Assembly (NCBI GenBank): GCA_024400425.1
Contig: JAKSMV010000008.1
Location: 11,676 to 75,675, forward strand
From: Bacteroidales bacterium
GTDB taxonomy: Bacteria; Bacteroidota; Bacteroidia; Bacteroidales; F082
Direction: 5' to 3'
Length of the DNA stretch: 64,000 nucleotides
The position numbers and the translations under genes were made by a program. The number at the start of each line of letters is the position of its first letter. The first letter of the stretch is position 1. This document shows, piece after piece, positions 52,673-63,000 of this stretch. Under the pieces are notes generated by a model, which had not been told where the DNA came from, searched no databases, and was given only the letters and a program-made list of their open reading frames with translations.

Positions 52673-53668
52673 TCAAAAATGTTTAAAACCAATAATTTTC
52701 CTCACTTCGTTCAGGGTCTTCGAGGCGCTTTCGCGGGCCTTTTCGGCACCCATGCGTGCGATACGGTCGAGACGAGCCTCGTCGGACGAGAACTCGACGA
52801 TGCGTTCACGAATCGGGGCGATAGTCTTCACCATGTCTTCGGCGAGTTGCTTCTTCATGTCGCCATAGCGGATGGAGCAGTCGTTCCATTTCTCGTCGAA
52901 ATACTTCACCGTTTCGGGTTCGCTGACGATGCTCATCATCGTGAAGAGGTTCTGTATCACCTCTGGTTTTGGACTATTGGGTTCGGTCGGGCCACTGTCG
53001 GTGACGGCGCGCATCACTTTCTTGCGCATGGTCTTTTCGTCTTCGAAAAGATAGATGCAGTTGCCATCGCTCTTACCCATCTTGCCGCTGCCATCCAAAC
53101 CCGGCACCTTGATAGCGTCGCCGCCGAAGTAGTAGTTTTGCGGTTCGGCAAAGAATTCCACATTATATATGTTGTTGAAACGGCGGGCGCACTTGCGGGC
53201 CATCTCCATATTCTGTTCCTGGTCCTTACCTACCGGCACCCATTTGGCGCGGTGTTGCAGGATGTCGGCAGCCATCAGCGTGGGATAGGTGTAAAGTCCG
53301 GCATTCACGTTGTCAGGCTGTTGACGGGCCTTTTCCTTGAAAGTAGTCACACGGCCCAACTCACCGATGTAGGCATTCATGTTGAAATAGAGATAGAGTT
53401 CCAAAGTCTCCGGCACATCGCTTTGGATATAGATGGTGGCCTTTTCGGGGTCGATGCCACAGGCAAGATATTCGGCCAAGATGGTGCGGGCCGACTTCTG
53501 TATGTTTTCAGGCGTAGGATGTGTGGTCAGCGAATGCCAGTCGGCGATGAAGAAATAGCAATTATAGTCTTCTTGCATCTTCACGAAGCTGCGCACGGCA
53601 CCATAGTAGTTGCCAAGATGCAGATTTCCAGTGGGACGAATGCCACTCAAAACGATTTCGTTTTTCAT
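52673..53668 (-). CDS. trpS: tryptophan--tRNA ligase
   Basis: ATG at 53668 (MKNEIVLSGIRPTGNLHLGNYYGAV, the HIGH-type motif). GKMGKSD is the KMSKS motif. Confidence 0.95.
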   Translation of the reverse strand: MKNEIVLSGIRPTGNLHLGNYYGAVRSFVKMQEDYNCYFFIADWHSLTTHPTPENIQKSARTILAEYLACGIDPEKATIYIQSDVPETLELYLYFNMNAYIGELGRVTTFKEKARQQPDNVNAGLYTYPTLMAADILQHRAKWVPVGKDQEQNMEMARKCARRFNNIYNVEFFAEPQNYYFGGDAIKVPGLDGSGKMGKSDGNCIYLFEDEKTMRKKVMRAVTDSGPTEPNSPKPEVIQNLFTMMSIVSEPETVKYFDEKWNDCSIRYGDMKKQLAEDMVKTIAPIRERIVEFSSDEARLDRIARMGAEKARESASKTLNEVRKIIGFKHF

Positions 53669-53691
53669 ATTTGTTCTAAGATATTTGGGGG

Positions 53692-53699
53692 CAAAGGTA
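53692..53699 (-). promoter_or_regulatory. -7 box TACCTTTG (minus strand) for trpS
   Basis: Matches TAnnTTTG 24 nt upstream of ATG 53668. Confidence 0.55.
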
Positions 53700-53743
53700 C
53701 AAAAATTCAAATAACGCAGAATTGCCAAAACGGAATAATACCT

Positions 53744-53776
53744 CAAAAAAAAGAGGCCCGCAATGCGAGCCTCTTG
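53744..53776 (-). terminator. rho-independent terminator ending the giant-gene/small-gene transcription unit
   Basis: AAGAGGC-CCGCAATGCGA-GCCTCTT. The A8 on the plus strand gives a U-run on the minus strand. Confidence 0.75.
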
Positions 53777-53793
53777 AACGGATATGATTTCTG

Positions 53794-54093
53794 TCAATCC
53801 TGTTTGCGCTTCTTGGCCAGCAGATAGCCGAAGCCCAAGCCGGCAAGGGCGAGGACACCACTGCCAAGTGGAATGTAGTCGTTCTCCTGGTCATACTCCA
53901 CATTGTGAAATGGTATGATGGTATTGATGTCGGACGTATTCCCGGCTCTGTTCGATCCGTCTTCGTCGAATATGAACACCTGAGCCTGGCCTGCAAGCGC
54001 CAGCATCATGACAAATGTCAAAGACAATACCTTTTTCATTGATCTATTCTTTCTGTTATTCATTTCTTTCATTGCAATTCCCTCCCATCTCAT
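53794..54093 (-). CDS. small exported protein with PEP-CTERM-like C-terminal tail (motif + TM helix + basic cluster)
   Basis: The ATG at 54093..54091 overlaps the giant gene's TGA (54092..54090), an ATGA coupling. N-terminus ...NRKNRSMKKVLSLTFVMMLALAGQAQ is a signal sequence. C-terminus DYIPLGSGVLALAGLGFGYLLAKKRKQD. Confidence 0.55.
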   Translation of the reverse strand: MRWEGIAMKEMNNRKNRSMKKVLSLTFVMMLALAGQAQVFIFDEDGSNRAGNTSDINTIIPFHNVEYDQENDYIPLGSGVLALAGLGFGYLLAKKRKQD

Positions 54094-57000
54094 TTAACGA
54101 CGATTTTCTGTACTTTGGTCTGCTTGCCGTTGCTCAGGTGCAGCAGGTAAAGACCCGATGCGTAGTCCGGCAGCGTGACGTGGTTCTGGGTGCCATAGAC
54201 ATCCGTCACGAACAGGCGACGGCCCTGAAGGTCGATGCACTCGAGGCGGCCTTCGCCGTTGACGATGAGCTCGTCGCCGTTGAAGAAGGCAAAGCTGTCG
54301 GGCATTTCGATTTCGTTTTCATCAATGCCAGTGTAAGCGAACACTAACTTGAAGCGCGACTCGTAGTCGTCAGGCGTAGCCGTGAAGACATATTCGTCAG
54401 TGGCGAGGCAGTCAATGTCCATGCCTGTCATGTTGTCGAAGAGGTGGAGATAGCTGAAGGTACCGTTCTGCGTGTTCCAATTCAAGGTGAAGGTAGCGTT
54501 TTCGTCGGTACTGAAACGCACCGGAATGCTGCTTTCGCCCGTCTTGGTGAATGCTATGGCGTAGTCTTCGTTTTCGTAGTGGGCATAGATTTGAGCCTTA
54601 CCGATTCTCAAGGTCTTAATCTTCTTGGCACCACCTGCCTCAGGACGACCCAACTCTATGACGGTATAATCACGGTTGCCGTTTTGCTCGTTCAGGATCA
54701 AGTTGACCAATGGGAAGCGCGGCATTTCCTCATCATCGCCACGGAAAGTGGTATTGCAGCCCTTGCCGTTACGCATGGCGTTAGTAAAGGTAGCAGTAGC
54801 ATTGCCTTGAGTCACAACAAAGAAACCCTGATGCATATTGATGTAACGCGATGCAGTGATGCCGCCTTCGTTCCATGATGCATCGTAATGATAAGTAACA
54901 TAGCCTTTCATGTCTTCGTCAATCAATGTGTAGAAGGCATTTTCAGGAGCAGACCAAATCTTGCCAGAACCCGAATTTCCTACAGCGAACTCCTTGAAAT
55001 CGAGATAACTCTGGTAAGGATTGCCGATGAGGTTCAGGCCGTGGCACTTATCACTGCTGGCGGTTACATCAGGATAAGTCACCGTTCCATTGTTCAGCGT
55101 GCCAGTGGCCTGCAGGAAGGTTTCATCGTTGACCGAAATCAGATAACCCTTGCCGCGGATGAATTCAGGTTCGTTGTTAGAATCACGGCCGTGTACCAGG
55201 CTGCCGCCATTCGGCGTGTATTGGTAATCAATCCATTCATGCTGGTCTTCCTCATTCGGGTCTTCGTGCCAGTGGCTGTTGCCATTACGCTTGAAGTTGA
55301 TCCAGTGGTATTGAGGTTCGTAATAGCAGTAGAAGTCATATTGGGCTACCGGAGTGTTACCTGGGAAATAGCCAGAATAAGAACTGTTGTCGGGATAGAA
55401 GCTGTAGTCGGCATGATGACCTTGTGTCCACCAGTCATGTTGGTCATTATCAGTATAATTGATGCCGAGCGGAGCGTTACTTAATGATGTCGAGAACATG
55501 TGCCAGTCGATGGCATCAGGATCGCCGTTGGTCGGGTTGGCGCCTTCACTGCCTGCCGAGTTGTCCAAGGTGATGCCGACAGAGGCAACAAGTGTCGAAC
55601 CATCGGATTGCAGCACGGCAGCATCCTCGTTGATGGCAAGTTTGATCTTGCTGCTGCTTGTGTTGCTACCTGTAGTTTCAACATCGCTGTTGCCATAAAC
55701 ATCGACATAGACATTATTTGTGGTTTCCGTACCAAACTTGTCGAATGCAGCCTGCAAGCTGTTCAGGTAGTAGAACTTCGGGCTGCCTGCCACATTGCTC
55801 ACCGAAGCGAGGTTCGGGAAGCGCAGCAGCGGCAAGTCTTCGTTGAGGTCTGATGCTGAACGGAACCAAGTGTCCATGTCATTTGTTTCCGCATAGTCAT
55901 TCAATATGTCAAGCAGATAATCGCCAGTGGTCTTGTTCCCCACCCTATTGTAGTTTTCATTATAGGTATAAGGATGCGTGCCTGGGAAATAGACGTCGCA
56001 ATTGCTTGGTGCATTGCCTGTATTATACAAGCCATAATCCTCAGTAACGCCATCAGCATAATAGCATTGGCTTACGGTGCCGCCATTCTTGTCAGCCAGG
56101 ACGAAGAAGCTCTCCTCATTCAAATCGTAGCTGTCTCTGAGACGGATGTAACAGCTTTCAACCGTGCCTTCGTTATCGGCAACCATGCCTGCGATATGAT
56201 GACCGCCAGCACCTTTGTAGGTAACACCGGCGTAGGCATAACTGTTCTTGATGCTTGCATTGTTGCGTGTCTGACCGACAAGTCCACCCATCAGATAACC
56301 GTTGAGGTTGGCTGCTGATATGCAGGAATGGACGTTGCCGCCATCGAGCAGACCGACGAGACCGCCCATAACGGTGTTCACGTTGCTTGTATGCAAATCG
56401 AGGGCGCCTTCGCAGCTGTGCACCGTAGCGCCGCCGCTCACCACACCGGCAATGCTGCCCATGTAGTTCTGGTCGGGAGCCTCGAGGGTAGCATCCATGG
56501 CAAAGACATTCTTCACCTCAGCATTAGCGCCATCGACATAACCCAGCAGACCCACAGCACCAAGGCCGCTCATCGAGCAGACCAAGCCGTTGACCTGGTG
56601 GCCGCCGCCATCAAACACGCCGCTGAACTTGTGGGTGCTATTGCCGATTGGCACCCAGATGTATCTGCTCATATTCAAATCTTCAGTGATAGTCACATTA
56701 AGGTTAGGATTGGCAGTTTGACCATTGAAGCCGTTGACCATGGATATAACCCAAGCCAAGTCTTCATCGGAATCGATATTATCGAGGGCAAAGCCAGTAG
56801 GTTCACTGGTTACAACGGTGACCCAGGTCTTGCCGAAATAGAGCGTGTTCGGGCCCAAATTTTCATCAGTTGGGATATAGACAACAGCGTAAATGCCTTG
56901 GTCATCGAAGAAGTAACCGTTCAGGTAGGCTTCTTCTGCTCTTTGTTCAAGTTCGGAATAAGCTATAGGAGTGAATCCTTCCCCTTCAGGAATGGATTTG

Positions 57001-60000
57001 GTGATGCCGATATGAGCACCTTCAGCAAGACCGTTCTTGGAATAATCAATCATGACGCGATTATCATCATCATCAATGTCGATATTGGTGTTCTTTCCAT
57101 CTGTCAGATTGTTTTCGATGGTGACCTTGCCACTGACATTCAGCGTACCGTCCAAATCGATGCCATAGCCGTTGCGGTTGCCAGTTACGGAGGACTGGTC
57201 GAACAGCGACAACGCTGAACCTTCATTAATCAGAATACCGGCAGTTCCGCCATTATTATTGAGATTGTTGCGGACCCTGCTCTGGTAGAAGAAAGCAGAA
57301 ACGCCATCTTTCAATTCAATGATAGGAGCCGTAGGCGTGATCGTGAAACCATGCTGGCCTTCGCCAAGGGTATGATAGAAATCAGGATTAAGAAGTTCGT
57401 GATACTGACCGTTATATTCATTCATGCCATCAAGGGTAATGCCGCGCATTGTGAAATCCTTGTTAACGACAACCATTGTTCCATTAAATGGATCCAGCAC
57501 GCCCTCACCTGTCGTATTATCTTTTTCCTGGTGACCACCCGGATAACGGTAAAGGATGACATTATTGGCGCCATACGTCAAGCCATTCCATTCGGTTCCA
57601 AACTTATCGTTGATTTCTATCGTATTCACAATGAATATGTTATCGCTCGGAGCATAGGTCGGTGAATTGAACACGCCACTCAACGACTTTTTCGCATCAT
57701 TCGGGAACTTGCCCGAATTCAGGTTCTTGCCTGCCTGACCGTCGATATACCAGTTGACAGCAGCACCACGTTCAGTGATTTTATAGGTGATGTCAAACGA
57801 AGACCATTCGACGCCTTCCTCATAATTGTTGAACTCAACAGTAAAGGTAATTGTTCCTAAGAAATTATCCTTAGGAGAGATGTTCAAGCGGCCATTATAA
57901 ATCAGGTCAAGGGCAAGGCCGAAGTTCTGGCGGCCATCGGCAGTGCCCAATTCGACAGGGCCTTCCGTACCAAACTTTGCGACATCGTGAAGCGAATTTT
58001 CAGGATGTTCGATTTCATAACCGGTAAGCCAACCTTGCGTGTTGTCGAAAGTCAGCGAAGCGCCATATCTGACAGCAAGGTCCTTCACTCCTCCTTCATG
58101 ATCATCAAACCATTCCACAGGATGAACCGTTACAGCTTCCCCATCTAATGTAAGGTTGGTAACGATGTTCGTAATCTTAAACGTCGAGAACCTTTCCTCA
58201 CTGCCTGGCTGCAACTGGAAAGTAGGCAGCACCACCTTGGCATTGTACACATCGCCGTTTTCACCTTTTCCATACATCAGGGCGTAGCCCGGAACGGTGA
58301 AGTCCTGGTCGATGACAGTGGCCGTGTTGATGATGACCTCAACGTCGGTCGAACTGATTGGATGCTCGTCATCATCACAGTTGTATTCATCGACAATGAT
58401 GTGGACGGATGAAAGTATAGCATTCTTATCCACCCTGTTGCTGTAGGTGAGCATGAATTCGAGTTTCGGAGTTTCCGTCAAGTGATTCTTGTTAACATAG
58501 AAACGGCGGCTCGCAAGGTGCTCAGTAGTCGTATTGTTACTGACAATCAAGGCATACCTTTCATTGACTGTCGAAGGATCGTCAGGCGTTTCCCAACTGT
58601 TGGTGCTTTCCTGAACGCCAGCAACCAAACAGCCTTCGCCACGTACTGCAAGGCCGAAAACGGTGTTCGGGCTGGCGTCAATGTATCTCAGTTGTGCAGG
58701 GATATAGGCGCCTTGGCCATTGAGTGTATCCAAGTGCTCATACAAGACATGTTCATCATCATTCCAATACGACCAAGTTTCTTCATTGTTTCTCATAAAT
58801 GCCGCATCGATGCCGGCAGCATCCAAGCCCCAATCGATGGAACGCACCTTGAAATAGCAGCCTGTTGAAGCAGGCAATTCCACCGTGCTTGATGTATATT
58901 GGTAATGCTTTTCGTTCTTTCCATCGGATTTAGCAACCAGAACGGCTTCACGGGCATTGTCGCCTTCCTCAATGAACTTCCAGAAACGATAGTATTGGAC
59001 ATCGTCCTTCGAAGTAGGCACCTGGTTGGTGAATGGTATCTGAACACCGCCAGATGTAACTTGTGTACCACTTTCATCATAGAGGTTCTTTGTGGGATCA
59101 TAACTCACGAAACCGCCATCATAAGGATTATCGTATGCTCCAGGGCAAGCTGAACTTCCTGCATTCTTCGGACGTGCGTATGCAAACGACGAGTGCGTTG
59201 AGGTAATCATATAGAAGAAGCCCTTCAGTTCGCCATACAGCCAGACGTTTATTTCATCGCCAGCCCAGGCAGCAGGATACTTCACGTTGATATAGCCGCC
59301 CAAATTGACACGGAACCTGTTCCCTTGTCCATTCGTGCTTAATTCATCATAATTTACAGGATCATAATCACCCGGAAGCGCATTATACAGCGTCTTGCCA
59401 TTCACGATGGAAAGGCTTTGCAGCTTACGGAGGTTATTGATAGGACTATTGACATCAACCGTCGAGCCTTGGGTCAGGCGCATGTCTTCGAACACATTGA
59501 CGATGGAGAGCCTTTCCGTTGTCACCAAACTGGTCATGTCGCCTTGACCGAGGAAAGTGATGTGAGCATTTTCGAGGAACAGGCTATCGGCACGCTGGAT
59601 GGAATAAAGCGAGCGTGTACAGCCTTCGAGCGCATCACCCGAACCGACCGGCAAACCGTAGTTGCGGATATAAATGCTACGGCCTTGCTTACCGGCATCA
59701 CTCGAAGTGCCTGCACCGTAAACCGAACCGGAAACAACCATAAAGTTTCCAGTCAACGGCTGCTGCATATCATAGCCCGTACCGTCAATGTAGATGTTGG
59801 AATAGCCGGAAATATTCGGGTCGCCGAAGCTTTGGCCGGAACTGATTTCACCCCAGTCGGAACCAACATAGACGGAACCTTCAATCTGGACTGCCGTAGC
59901 ATGTGAAAGACTCGACAGCTTGTTTGCATTTGCCGAGGCATCAGGAGCATTCACGATAGCGTTTTCACCTATGTTCACGGTAACACTGCCGGAAATGTTG

Positions 60001-63000
60001 CCGAAGAAACCGCCGCCATAAACGTTCTTCACCACACGTCCGCCGCTGATGTTGACGAACACGGTGGAAGCCAGTTCTGTTTCGCTAGGATTAGAAAGCA
60101 CATTGGCATCGTTGGCGTTCTGCGAACCGCCATACACATTGCCGATGACTGTTCCACCCGTCATGTTGATGGTCTTCAGGCCAGCCACCAAGATAGTGCC
60201 CTGTTCGCCCATAGCGCCGCCAAACACATTGCTTTCGACACGGCCACCATTGATGTTGACAATGGTGCGGCCCGTCACGGCACCGAGTTTGCCGCCGCCA
60301 TACACGTTGCCTCTCACCGTACCGTTATTCAGCGTCACAGAGGCGGAATTTGAAGTATAGTCGGTCGTTCCTGTTTTCACCGTGCCTTCTTCGGCACCAC
60401 CGAAAACATCGCCCTTCACCGTACCGTTATCGACGGTCACATTTGTCGTGCCACCCACATTACTGGCAGTTCCCTTACCGGCGCCAAACACATCGTTGAC
60501 CTGCAAGCCATTGCCATTGATGGTGACGGAAGTGTTGCCGCCCACGTCGCCGGCATCGCCGCCGCCGTAGATGTTACCTGCAATATTGGCCAGACCCGTA
60601 ATGGAGACCGAAGTAGTTGACGAAACGTTGGTTCCCGAACCGAGTCCCGCGCCATAGACGCTGCCACCCACCGTAGCATCGGCCACGCTGACTGTTGCAG
60701 TTCCAATGACGCTACCATTGGAACCGCCGCCAAACACGCTGCCGCCAATCTTTGTTGCCGCATTGCTAATGATAACAGAGGTGTTACCTGTTACAGCAGC
60801 CGAACTGCCAAGGCCTGCGCCAAACACATTCTCCTTGACTTCGCCACCGCTGATGGTGACCGTAGGATTGCCCGTGTAAGCAGCAGCATTGCCGCCGCCA
60901 TACACGCTGTGATTGATGGTGCCGCCCGTCATCGTTACCGCAACAGTGCCCGAAGGCTTACCGTTGACATTATTGCAGCCAAACACGTTTTCAGCCACAC
61001 CTTTATTAACAGTGACGCTTACATTACCTTTCACATTGGCTGCCGTTGCATTGTCACCCAAGCCGCCGCCGTAAATGTCGCCGTGAATAAGGCCGTCGTT
61101 CATAGTAATATAAGTATGGTTGCTTGTGCTATTATTAACCGAACCCAAAGCCGAACCGCCATACACATCACCGTAAACGGTAGGATAGTTGCCATTGCTA
61201 TCGCCAAGGGTAATATCAACATTGCCGGCTACAGAAGTACTGGAACCATAACCGCCGCCATGAATGTTGGCATTTTGGGTATTTGTACCGACCTGGCCAC
61301 CAACAGCCACAATCTTGACAGCACCTGAAAGGTCGCCCGAGCTGTTGCTACCACCAAACAAGCCACCGCCATGATTACTGTTATATGTTTTGCCATCAAT
61401 CTGGCCGCCGGTCATGTAAATGTTGGCCACACCGCCATCGTTCTGACGGGCACCGCCATAAACGCCGCCGAAGACTGAATACTGAGAATCGTATGTGCTC
61501 GCCACATGGCCACCCGTAACATATACATTTGCCGTACCGGATGAATAGCCGTAGGCACCACCACCATAAACGCCATATTCTACACTTGCGTTATCAGCCA
61601 TGACGACATTGGTACTAACCGTAACTTCACCAGCATGGCTCGAAGCACTATAACCGCAACCTGAGCCAAACACGTAACCACCTATTGAGTTTTGAATTGA
61701 AGTTGTCGCATGATTATTACGTTCCTGATATTTGGTAGCTATTTCGGCATTACCGCCAAAATATACATAGGTGGTGCCATACAAATAGCCAGAACCAGAT
61801 TGTATTCCATTTGCAGCGCCAGCAACCCAGCCACCGATTTCACCGCCAGTAATAACCATAAGTCTGTTACCAACGCAATTGGTTTGCTGTGCCGCACCAT
61901 AAATAGAACCACGCACCTTACCGCCTTTCATACGGAATGTGAATGCAAACTTGTCGGTAGGCGTTGAACCATTGTTATCTTGTCCGCCACTAATATTGGC
62001 ATACCATTCACCGCCTTCTATTTCAAAATAACGGCTTCTTCCTGGACCAGAGGTTGTATAACGCGACAAATAATAACTGTTGGTTTGAGCGGCATTAGAA
62101 ATTGAAACACTTGTCATAAAGCTACCGCTTTTCGAATAGGTTCTAAAAGCTTCTTGGTTGAAACCGCTACCACCGTCAATTCTGTTTGCAATAAAGGTAC
62201 TCGTGAAGGTCAGCTTTGAGTTATCATTTGCAGCACGGTCGTAATCGCATCCCAAGATAAGATATTGCTTCACGAGCGATGAAGGAGCACTTGAATAATG
62301 CGTAAGGGATGAGAATGTACCACTCTCAATCTTTACTACCTGATCGACAGTTCCACCACTTGCCAAAGTGACAGTGCGCCCGGTATTTGTAACACAAGTT
62401 ACACCACGTCCTATCCAAAGGCTCTTGCCGCCAGCGGCAATGTTTCCTCCTGGATTCCATTTCGCATTTTCAATTTTCGTAACACCGCTATTGTTTGGCG
62501 TAATGTTACCTGAGAAAGTATAACTTCCACGATAATCAGCACTGCCATCAGGCTCAACCATCATAATGGTGCAAGGATAACTAGGAGCAATATCGTTGGT
62601 ATAATTTTGAGATAAAACTATGATGTTCGTCTCGTAAGTTCCGCTGCTGCTAAGACCTGACGTCGTGTTTCTTACAATCGTTGCATCCACCCAAGTGGCT
62701 TGCAGCACGATTTCAGCCGAAGTGCAGTTTACACTTGTATAGGTCAGGTTTGTGAAAGTGATTTCCTCATCAAGGGCAAGCACATCGTTATTATTGTGGC
62801 CCTGAATCTTGTCGCCGCCGCTGATGATTTTCCAGCCGCCGAAGCCCATGCCCGTAGGACGCTTGCTGAACGGGTTGGAGATGACCTGATAGGTGTACTG
62901 CCCGCCTTTCGATTCCAAGGTCTTATAATATATAAAGGTGTTCTGCTCTTCGCTGATGGAGACCTCGCCCCCATTGCCCAAGTAGGTAACCTTCACGTTG

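Noticed and set aside
52679-53827. 382-aa ORF exactly antisense to trpS (tempting in light of the Rodin-Ohno sense/antisense aaRS idea)
   Set aside because: The translation has no recognisable motifs and a skewed composition. It spans the trpS promoter and the neighbouring gene end. trpS itself is unambiguous (HIGH and KMSKS motifs). Long stop-free antisense frames arise from the codon bias of the sense gene.
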